Source: Acanthaster planci
Lineage: Eukaryota
Length of the DNA stretch: 64,000 nt
Reading direction: 5' to 3'
NCBI RefSeq assembly: GCF_001949145.1
Contig: NW_019091356.1
Span: forward strand, 2,884,713-2,948,712
Position 1 is the stretch's first letter. Each line of letters begins with the position of its first letter. Shown piece by piece: positions 1-13,946 of the stretch. A program made the position numbers and the translations under genes. The notes below the pieces were generated by a model that saw only the letters and a program-made list of their open reading frames with translations, searched no databases and had not been told where the DNA came from.

Positions 1-3000
1 TTGATCAGGGGGGAGAAGATCCGGTCCAGTTCCTGGTTGGAGATGTCTTCCTCATTGATGGCCCCGTCGGCTGCCAAGGCACTCAGGAACTTTTGTGCTG
101 TGGAGATGAGAGCAACCAACAGATATGAAATTGGCATGAGGCAAGTCTGTCCCGAACCACAGCAGCTCACCAGGCTGGTGTTCACTCCAGTTGCCTTGAT
201 CAGAACTGAATGAGAATACCCCCCGATGGGTTGAGTCCATCAGAGGATACTCCCCAACTAAAGGCTGGTTCATACTTCAGGCGAATTCGACATCACAAAA
301 ACTGCAGCAAAATTTCGCTCGAGTTGAAATGTTTTTGACTGGTACAAATTGGCAATGCGAATATTTGATCTGAAACCGCAGTTTCGCTTTCGTTCAGTTT
401 GGTGCCCCTTATGAAATGATCTAAGTCCCTGAACCCATTCATATTCCTAGGCGAAGAGCAGCAAGCAGGGGTGAAGTGACTTGCCCAATGCCACGACTTT
501 ATGGCCAGAAGTTGGATTGGAATCCCGGACCCTCTGATGATGAGTCATGAACCCTTACCACTAGGCCATATCCCTCCAAGAAGTCGGCATAAACAAAGAA
601 GAACAAATTCCGATCTGGCAAAGGTTCGGAACAGCTTCCTTCATTTTTAGTGGTAGGAACTTGGACAAAAGAAATTTGTGCAATTTGTACAGAAATTGAT
701 GCACCGTGCATATCCATAATTTCTATATCTTGGATTGAACATAAACATGAAAATTCCCGACTCACACATGTCACTCTTGGTATTCTTGATTTCGGCCTCG
801 TTGACCTCGCGCTCTGTTTTGATGGCCTCCACTTGTTTCATGAGATCGCGCAACTTTCGGACCTCCGGGCTGTCCTTGAGGGCTGCGGCAGCGCTGGTGG
901 CAGGCAGGTCGGATCCCATCTCATTCTGCATGCATCATAAACAATACAACCAATTGTGAACTTTGTAGAACCCACATGCTCTAGGAGTAGTCCAGGCTTC
1001 AATTCGAGCTAAAGTCACTGCAAACACTCATGTTTGCAATTATATACTTGTACTTCAGACAAAACATCAAAATAAGTTTCCTCAACTTCTTCTTGAAACA
1101 CAAGCTCTGAAAACCGCAGAAAGAGGTAAGAAAACAACATAATCCAAAACAAAACAAACAAATCAAGACACCCCTCAAAATACAGGAGTAGCCAGGTTGG
1201 CAGAGTATGTTTCCATGCCATATTTTCATCTTTGCGGTCTGGGTTCATTTCCCGGCTCGGTCCACATGTGGATTGGGTTTTCAGTCCCTTCCTGATTCTG
1301 TAGGTTTTGCCCAGAATATTCCTCTGGGGTTTGCCTCCCACCTCTAAAACTGTCACTGCTTCTCACTGTCTCCTCTCCACAGGTTTCTTCAGGTTTGCAA
1401 GCTACAGTGCAAAGGGTGCTTTTGAGGTATCCTGGGTTTATTTACCAAATACACTTAACAAAGATACAATGAGTAAATATAATTAAGTCAGATTTTCCGC
1501 ACACTAAACGGCTTGGCTTTTCCGACTTTTTTAAATCGACGACACAAAATATCGGTTGATAAAAGAAAACTTATTATTTTTCTTACCGGTGACTTAGACA
1601 GGATGCTAATGAATTCCCGGTTGGCCTCGTACTTTTCTCGCACGATACTGTCCGCCTGGATAGCGTTGTTCAGGATTGTCCGGTACTTTGACGCCTCCGC
1701 TCGTAAGGGCGTGGTTAGCTGATCTGATGGGAGGCGGGTCCAGCGCTCCTTGAAGCGCTCTTTCATCTCCTTGTCTGTTTTGCCTTCGTCGTCAAGGAGG
1801 CGTATTGACTGAAACCACATTTAAAGAAGAAACCAAATTTCACTCTTGAATTCAAAACTTGTCCTACGCATTCATTAGGTGATGATGATTAAAGTAAGCA
1901 GTACTCACACAAAGTATCACTTTGCTATTGGGCTTTAAAATAATTATGCGATCACTGATCAACTACTTTCAGGTGGGGACTGTTCTGGACAGTTGATCTT
2001 GTTTGCACAATATGCACAACATTTTCGTCAGAATGTGCATGAAACAACCGTGTATGTACATAAAAACCAATTTTGTCAAGTATCTCACTGTCGCTTTGTA
2101 CACATTCTGATGAAAAGCGATTCTTCATTCTGCATGCCGCTGAGCGTTGGACTAGACTTCTCAACATGCAAAGTAATAGAGACTGCATTCCATCTTCCTC
2201 AATCCTTCAAAATCCTCTCAAATGTCCAGGTGGATTTCAAAGGATCTGCGAGGGTCAGAGTTCATTACCTCGTTCAGAATCTCTGTGTTCCTCTTCAGCA
2301 GGTCCGGCATTTCATGAAACAGCTTGTCAATGCTCTGGATTCCACCTTTCTCACGCACCGCATTGGACTTCTGCAACAACGAGGGCGGTATGCTCGACCC
2401 TCCCATGTCCTCTATCGCAGCGGGTAGGTTCAGCGATGCTAGGACACTGCAAAATTGGTAGAAAGAGATATCAGAACAAACACTCCAAATGAAAATGTCA
2501 TGAGATAACACTGTGCAAGAGAAATGCAAGGACTATGAAGCTTAGATATAAAGCAAGCCAACAGAAACGAAACCTTATCTTCAAATGCTGTCTCAAGCTT
2601 CAGATGCATTTTAAGGTTCAAGAACTATTCCCAGACATGTTCTGTGGGAACCAAAGGTTGGTCGAATGCTGGCATCACATTAGAACCTCTTTCAGTTACA
2701 GAACTTTTCAAGAATCTTGTACAATGTAAAGTGGTAGGAACGCTCAACATTTTTCATATGCATGTTTAGTTTCATCACTATGCCAAACTCAGTGACACAT
2801 CAGCAACACAGAACTCAATTTACTTTTTCCAAAGAAACTAAAAACAAAACTACAGCCTTGAGACTCATTTTAATGAACCTGATCCCATTTGCTGCTGATG
2901 TAGCCACACTGAGATGAAGGTCTCATCTGAGGCACCATATGCATGAATACTTAAGCCTGAGTCAAAGGTGAGAATTGCAGCTGAGGGATGGAAAGTCTCC

Positions 3001-6000
3001 AGGCTGGCCGTCAACGCTACCTGTTGAGGAGCTGTGTCTGTTCCCGCAGCTTGCCCACTTCCCTGCTGACGATCTCCACCTTCCTGGCCTCGTAAGCGTC
3101 CAATGCATTGTGCACGGCCAGGGGAACCAACTTCTCAAACAAGTCTGTGTGCCGGGGGGGGGGAAACGAGACATGGAGTGTTGTACACGTATAGAGCAAC
3201 AATGATTACACTGGTCAATTAAAAAAAAATTGTTTGCTTCTCTATTTTATGGTATATTCCTTGAGCAAGCAGTCCAAAAGCATCTCCTTACATGGACTTG
3301 GCGCGCATGGTGAGCCGCGTGCACACAGACTCTTGACCGATCAGAATGGATTCAACTGTCTCGCATCCAGATCCAGATAACAGCGTGTTTTTCACACAGC
3401 AGGCATTATCACATCTCAGCTGGCATTATCAAATGTTAATACACGGTCAAGTTGCATGCTGTTGAATAGGGAAGCTGAGGTATTTATGAATCGTGAATTG
3501 TGAACCTAGGTCTTTCCTATACGTGTACACATGTACATGTAGGTACTGAAAAAATCTGGAGCCAATCAACAATTTTAAGCATCAATGTCATTTTCAGTGA
3601 TCCAGAATATGCCAGGTTTGACTTCATTTATTTTAGAAGCATTCTGGCTGTAGGCCAGTGTTACTGGCAACACAAGATGCCCAGACTACAGCTATCAGCA
3701 CTTTCTCAAGCCTGAAATGTCTCAAGCATGCTGCCAAAAAATCTTCTATGGGGGCATGTGGCCTAGTGGCTGAGGTTTGTAGCTTCGGATCATAGGGTTC
3801 GAATCCAGCTTAAGGCAGCATGTTGTGATCTCAGGTAAGTCACTTTATATCTCTGTGCCTCTTTCCACCTAGGAGAAAATGGGTACCCGTGAGGGCAGAT
3901 ATGGCTATGTGTAGCCGTTTGTGCCTGATATGGCTGCATCTGGCTAGAATACTCCCCAGGGAGTTGAGATGGTTTCAGGAATGTTCAGTTGTTGTGAGCC
4001 CACCGAGCAGGGATAATAATACATTGAATAGAGACTTTATAGTATTATGCGCTTTATAAGAACTATTTATTACTATTACTAATGCAGCCAGGTGGTGTCT
4101 TTCTTTGCAGGTGCGGACTGACCTGTAAACTTCGGATTCATGGGCTTGGGGATTTCCAGCGGCTTGGCAATGACGGCCGATCCGATGGGCTTGAGGTTGG
4201 ACACGTCTGGTATGACGTCGTGGTAGATGAAGTCATTGTCCTTCTTGGCCGCCGCAAGGGCACGCTGGACTTTCTCTGTCGTCGACTTGAAGTTGACGTG
4301 CTGCCCGCCGCGATGCGAAGCCGCCTGTAGGTGCTCCAAGGAATGCTGGAGAAATGATAAAGTAAAATTTAACCATTTGTGATGTTTAAAGGATAACAAA
4401 ATTTTGAAAAACTGTAAAGTAACAAATTTGCTGAGAAAGGAACAAAGTTTGTGGAGCCCCCCAAAAACCAATCCACAATCAGCCAAAAATTTAACTTGAT
4501 ATAAACATCTGTAGAGGCTGCTCATACTTCGCAGGAAAGTGAACAAGACTGCAAATATGTGACATCTGATCAAATATCTGCACTGCAAATTCACAAAAGC
4601 AGACCATATGTCAAGTGAAGAGAATGTCACTGAGAATGTTTTGCAATGTTGATTTGGCTGAAGTATGAACTGGTCTGGACTTTTTCTCGGTTGTTTTTTT
4701 TTTTTGCTCAGCAAAATATAAATGAAGAAAAAAATTAAAGAAGAAAAAAATTCTCAGCCATGTCTTGTGCTAAGCCCCGACAAGAAATTCTGCCCTGGGT
4801 AGTAGATAATGTTTGCTAAACCTTTACTTCGTTATCAAAAACAGCTGGTAACAGGTAAAACACATCACATGATACGTTGGCCCGTAACCTGTTGTTAATT
4901 ACAATGTACTGTCAAAGCTTAGCATATTTCTGGCCTCACGTTAAGCCTGCTGATCTCTTCTCCGTAGCACTTGCTGGCCTGGCAGACCTGGGACTGGTGG
5001 AATTCGGCCAGGCCCTGCATGTGGGCGTGTTTGCCGCCCACAATGGGGATCCATTCCTTCGGGAGGACCTCCTTGACATGCTGCACCTGGCATAGCTTCA
5101 AGGCCTCGGAGAACTCCTCGGCCGCCGTCATGGCAATCTTGGCGACAATGGCAGGCTTCATCTTGTCTACGCACACGGGAAGACAGAAAAAAATCTTGAA
5201 ACACCACAGTGAACAAGTTCCCTCATGGACCAGCATGACTCGTCGAGTCCATCACAACTTGTCTGGTCCTGAGCTATTAAGTTGTAAACTATCCAAAATG
5301 AATGTGACTGGCTTTGTGTGGCTGGACTCATGAACAGCCTTGTGATTACACTAGTGATAGACTCAACTACAGCCTTGTTGACTCAAAAACATCCCAAGTT
5401 GAAATATCATTGAACGTCACTCTTGGTTAACTCAAAACCTTGGCACCTTCTGCACACTGTGACATGTTTAGGTACTCATAACCCACAGTGTAACCAACCT
5501 CAATAGACTAATTCCAGGCAGCAGACAAGACTAGTCCAACTACAACTGTTTAGCACTCGATCAGAGCTTGGCAAAAAAATAGACGACTTCAGTTCTAGAC
5601 TGAACTTGCTCAACGTTGCTGCCATTTTGGTCTTTGTAGAAGTCAACTTAATAACCTTAAACCTAACCATCCTCAATCCTTCAAAATCCCCCAGGCGGTT
5701 TTGGAGGATTTTGGAGGATTTAGGTTGCATGGCAAAATATCATTGCTGATGGTGAAGGCTGCATTGTGTCAAGGTTGCGGGTTAGACCTTGTGTTATGTT
5801 CACCCATGCATAAATTCATGCCCACATTATGCGTAAAATCCTCCATACTGCTTCAGGATACCACACTATCTCAACATAATGAGAGGAATTGCTGGAGGAT
5901 TTTGAAGGATTGAGGCAGTGGGCACCCCTCCACAGAACATATTCAAGAAGTATTGGCATTGCTGGAGGATTTTGGAGGACTGAGGCTGTATCCAAGTTTT

Positions 6001-9000
6001 TCATTGGGGCAGTTGGAGGAGTTTGAAGGATTGAGGGTGTATCCTCGCCCAAAGGGCCAAGGCGGTTAGGGTTAAGGTAAGAGGGGACCAACTTTCCACC
6101 TCCCCCAGACTTTTCCAGGGCACAAGAACTGAGACCAAATGACTGAATGGAACAGACCTTGCTGAGCTTTCTTGAGGATGCTCTCTTGGCCCTGGGCCAA
6201 CATGAGCGCTCCCAGTGCAGCCAGACAGTCAGGGTGGATGTCAAAGGTGCGGATGTTCTGGACGGCTGACACCACGGTTTCTTTGAGATGGTTAAAAATA
6301 CCAGCCGCTTGCTGGGGAAACGTGTCAGAAATTTGGGGAAAACATTTTGTGAAAAGATGTGTACATGATGAAACTCTCAAAAATTGTGTCTGGGGACATC
6401 CAATATTCCAATACGGATTTGCCTTAAAAAGTTCATAAAATATGCACAAGGGATAATCACCTCGGAAAAAAAAACTGGTTGAGAAACCTACAGCGTTAGG
6501 TTTTGAAAAGTCAAAAGCAAAGGTTTTGAAACACTTTTGTGCAAGACTTACTGATGAATTCTTATGAACTGGTAGTGAGACTTTGGGTTGGCTAGTTGGT
6601 CGGTGCATGGATCGGGTTAAGTTGGATTGAATTGGGTTGTATCGGTTTTGGCTGGGTTGATTGAGATGAGGTTGGGTTGGGTTGACATAGATAAGGTTGA
6701 GTTGGGTTGACTGAAGTTATTTTGTCTGGGTATAATGGGATAAAGTTGGGTTGGGTTGACTGGGGTTGGTTTTGGCTGGGTTGAATGGAATAAAGTTGAG
6801 TTGGGTTGACTGGGTTTGTTTTGGTTGGGTTCAATGGGATAAGGTTGGCTTGGGTTGAGCTTTGTTCCAATCAACTTGGCCCTCTGAAGGGCAGTGCCCT
6901 ACTCGGTGTTGCACGTCCACCAATTAAATCTTACTTTCACATCATGCAGACAAGATCAGTTAGTCACCACTTAACAATTTGCCTCTGTATGTCTCACACA
7001 CCATCAAAACTAACATCTTTCTGAACGAACCCATTCATAAATGTTGTTCGGTACTGCTGTGACCAAGAAACATTGCTTGCTTTCTTTGGCTGATCACCAG
7101 AAGTAGAATCAATACACACAAACAAAGCTATCATACCTGGAACTGCTTTGCTGCAGTCTTGAGTGCCTCGTCATCGTCCGAGGTCTGCAGAGCTGCTATC
7201 TGGCTGTTCATTGCAGCAATGTTGAACAACACACAGACCTTCTCATAGCTACCAGTGGACCCACCTAGCAATAAAACAACGACCAAAATTTTCCAAGAAA
7301 AAAACATTTATATTCCTAGTTATGTACCTGAACTGAGATAAGTTGGTGGGAATTTGATGCCTATCTACATATAAGCACCCTGAATGAGTAATGACTCAAA
7401 CATACATTTACATCTTTGAATTTCAGAACGGAAACATCTTTATTACTTGAGGTAGGAGCTAAAATAAAAATGAAAAGGTACTGAATATTTCCACTACTTA
7501 GTCCTGTAAGTCTGTCACAAGACGGCCCATCAGGCTGACACTTATCTCCGTTTCTGAAAGTCTGAAATGTCTAAGAATATTTCTCTTTCTCTCAGCTGGA
7601 ATGCCAGTCATTCATGGGTTTCTCCTAGTACCCACTTTATGCTCCCTTTTGGAATGAGCCAAGTGGGGGGGGGTAATGTCGCTTGCCCGAGGGCACGGCG
7701 TAATGACTAGCAGCTGGATTCGAACCCCTTACCCTCTGATCACACGTCCCAAACCACTGACCGCGAGACCACAATCTAGAATAACCTGTGGACAATACAT
7801 GAATACAATTTCCCTAATGGCTGTAATGGACGTTGGCAAAGTAACTGCTTGTGGGCCACTGCTACCGGACACTTACTCTGCTTTCGGCCTCCTCCAAAGA
7901 AAGAGCCCTTGTCAAAGGCGTCCTGCCACGTGAATGTCATAGAGACCTACATGTACAAACATTGACATCAAAGAGATGAGAAAATTGGAATGGACTGGAT
8001 TTATTTGGTATTACCTCACAATTAGGTAATACCAGGGATAGCCCCTGGGATTGCAACTTGTTTCCAATGGGGTCCCTACTGAGTTAGGAAGAAGGTCCAG
8101 TTTTAGAGGCAGGAGGAAAGCGGAGTATCCGTAGAAAACCTGTGAGAGCGAGTAAGACATGCTCCATCGTTACACTCCAACTACAGCATCTGTCCATACT
8201 GGAGCCGGGAAGGAAGCAACTACAGTGCAGGATACAGTTGGGTTAGCCCCACTATGGGAAAGTTTAGGGATGTGTATCATGGACCTGTAAACATGGACAG
8301 GATGGGAACAAAGGTAAGACAAAGGTGTAGTGTTGTTAGGTCCTGACCACATCGTTGGTGCTAAAAGTTGGGAACAGTCCCAAATATCCGCCCTGAGTTG
8401 AAGTGCACCCCCAAGCGGCAAAAGAAAGACAGATGGCAGTAAGTTTCCCAAGCGCGTATGCAAAGAGCATACATTAAAGAAATAAATTTGTTACGCGTAC
8501 TCAGCATGCTCCACATCGAACACGCCACTGATCTCCATTATAAACGTGCGCCTAAGCGGTGAGTACTAAAAAAAAATGCCCTCTTTTGTTCCGCTCGGAG
8601 CGGATAGTGCTGTACTTGGGCCAACACAACTATGGTATGGTTTGCCAATGTCTGTCATAGTACATGCCATTCACCATGACATACTTGCCGGCAAAGCATG
8701 CAAGTAAAATCTAGTTTCTTAGGTGTGCCATGGATGAAATGAAAGATCGGCATACTTTTGATGTATTCTACTAGGCACGACACAACAAAGACTGGGGAAG
8801 GTTTTTATGGAAGTCTTTTATGGACATTTGCTGATTTTACTGGGCCAGCCTAGCTACAGCTGTAGTAAGAGGCTGTCGTACAACTTTACAGACAGAAGGT
8901 AATGACCAATCAGATAACAAGTAAAATCACAAGGCCAGGCTGTCAAAACTATGATTTTTTGGGGGGGATCTAAACATCTCCTGAATTAAAACCAACTTAC

Positions 9001-10670
9001 TTTCACTACAACATGGCTGAAGTTATCTGAGCAATGAAGTCAACAGTGCTTGTGATCTGAACAAAACAGCCAAACTGTGTGCCTGGATGGAAACACTTGA
9101 GGACACTAAGGAAAAGATTGGGACAGCATGGGCTACATCACGCCTTACCAAGGGGAAACGTTAACACCATACCCCTTCATTGCAGAATCAGTCAACTGTG
9201 TCCAAAGGGAAATTAGTCAACCGTGTCCAAAGAGAACTCACGAACCTAGTCCTTATTTCGACACATTCCTTTCCACACCCATGCCACCAGACCACTGTGT
9301 GGTCTGTCTTTCAAAAGACCTACCTATCTGTGGGCTTTAAAATGTGATCATGCAGCTTTACTTTCAGGATCAAAATGATGGAGGCATCTTTAAAATATCT
9401 GAGCTGAGTCACTTCCAACTTCTCTGAAGAAATACTGAGGACCATATCTTTGAGCCGCAAAAATGTGAAAATTTTTTGAAAACTTTGAGAATTTTGTAAA
9501 AAAGTACAAATTCTGTCAAACATTTGAGAAGTTCAGAGAATTTTGTGAGAATGAGTAAAATTGGCCTGATTCTGTCTTGCATTTTTTTTAGGACTGGAGT
9601 CCTTGTCTGGTCAGAGATGTTGTCAGTGACTTCTCAGTTGACATGTCATATACTGCAAGCTCTTTCTTACATGTCCTTCTGAAATTGGTAGCTTGTCCTC
9701 TATGGCCTGGAGCTGGTCATAGTATCTGAAGGAAATAAACATGAGTATGTACTACTCAAAATGCATTTTCATTTCAGCTGCCACCTTAATAATTTCCTTA
9801 CTACATTATAGGCCAGTGTGGTTTCAGATATTTGGAATCATGAATGTTTCTCACTCTCTGGAAACAGGAAATCCTGTGAAAAGTTAGAGTCAGGTTATTT
9901 TAGGAATTATTTCCTGGTGGTAATACACAAAGATATGAAAGTAATTAAATTATACTGACTTAGGCTAACAATTACATACAAAGTAGTTTAAAAAATGGGA
10001 TCCTGACCAGTGTTGACAATATAGATCTCTCTCATAGGATGCCATCCTCGAAGGAAAATTACAACAGCGTTTATTAAAACGCCAACAGGTGTTTGTATGC
10101 GCAGCGTGCAAATGTTCTACACACGTGCCTGTTGATCCAAGTACGAATATTTGAAGTAAAAAATGCTGATGCACACGGCAATCTATAGGAAGTGATGGCA
10201 TTTGAGAGAGACCTATAAACCTGGAGTTCCAATGGAAAGGGGTCAGTCACTTTCATTTTGAATAATAGAAATTCCAAAGTTTCTGATAGATGAGGAAATA
10301 AAATTACAAATATACATCATAAACTCACAGATTTAAGGACAGGATCTTAGCTTCAAAAGGATCACATGTGGTATTTAAACGACTTGTTTAAAAAGGAGGA
10401 AAGAGTTAACATTGTACTGTCCGGGAAATGGACCAAAGAAAAGTAGGCCTAGACCGAAACGCACCTTGCGAGGATTTCGAGAGAGGCGCTGTGTTTATCA
10501 AGTTTTCGACACACGGCATTATTTCGCAGCCTGTGCAGCTCGTCCAGCTGACTGGTGTAGTCATTGCTTTCGTCTTCTCCCCCAAAGGTGTTTCTGATAA
10601 AATTCTTGAGGGGCCGAACGAAGTCTAGTTCGGCGCTGTTTTTCAGAGGCACGGCAAGCATCGTAGCCAT
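1..10670 (-). CDS. PDCD6IP: Programmed cell death 6-interacting protein (ALIX), BRO1 domain plus start of V domain; 3' end beyond window
   Basis: Exons (minus, all GT-AG, phase-consistent): 10670-10465, 9725-9671, 7946-7877, 7264-7137, 6311-6158, 5166-4940, 4345-4123, 3144-3021, 2446-2269, 1808-1587, 925-766, 97-<1. Protein: MATMLAVPLK..RYYDQL..FTWQDAFDKGSFFGG..YEKVCVLFNIAA..KKDNDFIYHD..DLFEKLVP..LASLNLPAAIED, all recognisable ALIX/Bro1 motifs. Confidence 0.97.
430..570 (-). mobile_element. tRNA-derived SINE fragment
   Basis: Reverse A box TGGCCTAGTGG (558-568), degenerate B box (513-524), GGGCAAGTCACTT; same head as the 3751 element. Confidence 0.65.
3751..4080 (+). mobile_element. tRNA-derived SINE, near full length
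   Basis: Pol III A box TGGCCTAGTGG (3759-3769), B box GGTTCGAATCC (3796-3806), CORE-like AAGTCACTT..AAAATGGGTACC segment, (TAT/TAC)n tail. Confidence 0.8.
5661..6071. mobile_element. piggyBac-like MITE with internal (GGAGGATTTTGAAGGATTGAGG)-type repeats
   Basis: TTAA on both sides (5657-5660, 6072-6075); ends (A/C)CCTAACC...GGTTAGGG; internal motif repeated in both orientations and also seen near 2197 and 54964. Confidence 0.6.
6586..6860. repeat. Degenerate (GGTTG/GGGTT)n array in ALIX intron 4
   Basis: About 270 bp of GGGTTGGGTTGA-type units with strong strand asymmetry. Confidence 0.85.
7520..7772 (-). mobile_element. tRNA-derived SINE
   Basis: Reverse-strand A box (7761-7771) and B box GGTTCGAATCC (7716-7726), followed by a CORE-like segment. 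Confidence 0.7.
8385..8606. mobile_element. Short-TIR MITE, copy 1 (TATCCGC...GCGGATA)
   Basis: Colinear similarity with 49767-49989 (GAAGTGCACCCCCAA, GCGTACTCAG, TTTTGTTCCGCT.GGAGCGGATA); inverted ends. Confidence 0.7.
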
Positions 10671-12994
10671 TTTTTTCTTTGCACATCCGTATCATGCCAG
10701 TGCAAAGATGTGTAATGTACCCGTACTCATGCTCAGTACTCGACTCTGCAGCTGTACTGTACGATGATGTCATTGTCACATTCGTTCGAAGAACAGCGCC
10801 CTCTGTTTGTAAACAACACATCACGAGGCGTTGAGTGTACCTGACTCAACCCCCGCAACTCAATGGCCCAACCGCATTTTCCCTACGATTTCAATTTGGG
10901 TTGGAAAAGTTACTTTGAACAATTCTGTCATGCATGAGTTGAAGTCGATTACGATTCTCTCTGGTTAATGAAACACAGGATTCCTTAAAAGTGCACTAGG
11001 AACTATAGCTCTCAAGCCTGAAGAAATCTGCGGAGAACAGTTAGTTTAAGAGGTGGGACGAAATCCCAGAAGATCTTTCTGGTTAAAACCCACAAAGTCA
11101 GGTAGGGACTGAAAACCCAATTCACACATGGACCAAGCCGGGAAAGAACCACTCCACCAACCTGACTTTATTTGCAAATGCAACTGTACAGAAACAATTT
11201 CAGTCTGTCCAGGACAAGAGATGATAATCTTCAATGGATATATTCCATGAAGACCCCCCCCACCTGCAAATCCTGTCTTAAATGCTTTATTCTACGGGAC
11301 TAAAATATATATATTTAACCTTTTGAGATTATTATCAGTAGTATTAACATTTTTACTTCCTTGTAAGTAATCCGCTTTCATCATGCATATTCAGCAACAC
11401 AGAAAAACAGGTGCAGTGTCAAGTGTAACAGAGCAGAGGGGGGAGGAAGAAATAAATTATCATGGAAGCTTCAAAACAGTCTGGGGTAAGCTCGATCTAA
11501 GCTGTTTCCTTGCTGTAAACACATTTTTTTTTACTGTAAGAAGTTCAAGATACTACCACATCTATCGGGAACCAAAATTAGAAAATGCCACCTCTAGTTG
11601 GTACTAAAGCTTGATTACACATTTCTTTACCCTGACCAAGTACCTACGTATATCACTCCTACCTCATCCATTTTTTTTCAGGGTTGGAGGCCAGTAAATA
11701 GGCAATTCTCTACTCGAGCTCTAGGCAGATCACTTTCTGGTGTGTGGATTGGGTAGTTTGTTAAAAAAAGATGGGTGGAAGCGGTAGACAAAATATAGGG
11801 CCCTCCAAGTTTCCAAACAGCTCACAACATTTTTTAGGATGTGTGGATAGAAATATCTTCATAAATCACGGGTCAACCCACTAGAACTTAAACAAAAAAT
11901 GAGACTCCCCAAAAGAAACTGAATTTGATGGGCATCTTCAATACCTCTGGAATTTGAATTTTCCCTGATTTTATTTTGACATGAGAATATTTATCAGTGT
12001 TGTGCATGGCAGCTCACTTAATAGTCTGCAACTGCAACCTTAACATACATGTAAGTGGACAGACTCATGTACTTTTCACAAAGTTTTATTTACGCACACT
12101 GCCCTCTGTTGATATTCAGGCAGGCAACAAACATGGCCTAAAAAAAAAATAAACCTCAGGGCTCAGTTCCGCTTCAAGTCCACGAGCTTTCATTGCAATT
12201 TTCATAGGCCAATAATTTGTACAATACCTTCTAAAAGAAGACCGACAGGCGCAATTTTTGTTTATAACAACTGCTGGTTCCTTTCATAATTTTACTTTAG
12301 CAGGGAGAAAAACATCAAAGGAATTTGTCAATTTATTACTCAAAATCATGAGCTGATCATACTTGCAGGGATATGACAATATTCCATTTATTCAAAATGT
12401 GACACTTATTTCCATTTTATGATGTGATTTTGCCAGATTCAACATGCTGAGTGAACTCACTATTTTGGAGGCAGCTCCATTCCAGAATTTAAAACAACAA
12501 ATCATTATAATTCATAAAAAAGAATTGGACAATCTTAATCTCTTCCATATGTACAGTACAGCAAAACAAAAGAAACCATTCAGCATTAAAATTCTCGTAA
12601 CAAGTTGCAAATCTTTCTTTTCCTTACCTGAAGGAAAATAAAATCTCTGCCTTTCCAGAAGGCAGCAAAAAGTTTGTTTTCATTCAAGCAGAATAGACTA
12701 CTCCAGGCCTTCAGAAATAATCTGCTATGTTACTGAATACATTATTACACTTAAGCAGACATCACAGGAAACAAGGAACAGACCAATTCTTAACTGAAAA
12801 AGGAAAGCCTCTGCGGGAAAGATTGTAAGAAAGTAAATTTACAGAGCCAGTGGCACACTAAGGATTTTTTTTGGGGGGGCTCTGACTGGAGTTAACATTT
12901 GAGCTCATCATACTCAAGCCAAGCCCCCCCCAGTTGTGCAAAGGGTGCTAGGATTTATGGCCATGTCGCAGTTCATAGTTCAAGATGTGGGTGT

Positions 12995-13946
12995 CAGTGA
13001 TGTAGTGCCTTGATGCTGAGCCTTGGCCTTAAGGGTGCCTTAAGGCTTGATTTTATGGCCTTGGCCATGAAGGCTTGAGGGGCAAAAGCCTTGGCCTTGA
13101 GGGATCAATGCCTTGTAATTTTAAAGCCTTGCTCTTTGAGGCCCTCTGATTTTGAAATTCTCCAGGGGTTTGTTTGAAATGTTGTTGTTCTGTAAACATA
13201 CATGGAGAACCTTGGGGTGAATTCCACTAAATGGGTTGATTTCTATGCGCAGGCTCAATATAAATATATTGTGATCCCATTGGGATTTTACAATAAGAGG
13301 TTTCATCATCAGGATCGATTATAGACATTTTTTCATAAATCACCAATTTGGGACTTCTGGCATCCAACTCGGCATTTTTTGTTCACAAAAAACCTCCTAC
13401 CCGTGGGTCTATTTTGCATAGAGGCGGGTAGCTACATTAAGAGCTGAGTGCATAGATTTACTCCAATTTTTGGGGTGTTTTTTAGCACAGGGAGAATTGA
13501 AAATAATTCTCGTGGCTAACCCCTTGAAGGGGTCNNNNNNNNNNNNNNNNNNNNNNNNNNNNNNNNNNNNNNNNNNNNNNNNNNNNNNNNNNNNNNNNNN
13601 NNNNNNNNNNNNNNNNNNNNNNNNNNNNNNNNNNNNNNNNNNNNNNNNNNNNNNNNNNNNNNNNNNNNNNNNNNNNNNNNNNNNNNNNNNNNNNNNNNNN
13701 NNNNNNNNNNNNNNNNNNNNNNNNNNNNNNNNNNNNNNNNNNNNNNNNNNNNNNNNNNNNNNNNNNNNNNNNNNNNNNNNNNNNNNNNNNNNNNNNNNNN
13801 NNNNNNNNNNNNNNNNNNNNNNNNNNNNNNNNNNNNNNNNNNNNNCCCCTTAGCCTTGAGAGTTAAGCCCCTTAGCCTTGAGGGTTAAACCCTGACCTTA
13901 GCCTTAAGGCTTGAGGGTCCAAACCTAAGCATTTGCTCCAACACTG
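12995..13946. mobile_element. Non-autonomous hAT-type element spanning an assembly gap
   Basis: Perfect 8-bp TSD GTGGGTGT (12987-12994, 13947-13954); TIR CAGTGATGTAG / CTCCAACACTG; subterminal GCCTTG/GCCTTA repeats at both ends. Confidence 0.85.
13535..13845. other. Assembly gap
   Basis: Run of N. Confidence 1.

Noticed and set aside
2692..2779. C/D box snoRNA candidate in ALIX intron 8 (GTGATGA...CTGA on minus strand)
   Set aside because: No terminal stem and no recognisable rRNA/snRNA guide; compatible with chance.
3751..3812. tRNA gene
   Set aside because: A and B boxes are present but there is no complete cloverleaf and it continues into a SINE body and tail.
6592..6874. Pro/Gln/Asn-rich ORFs
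   Set aside because: Translation of the GGTTG repeat in an intron.
9040..9345. Second decayed LINE fragment in ALIX intron 2
   Set aside because: Only faint resemblance to RT C-terminal regions; no diagnostic motif.
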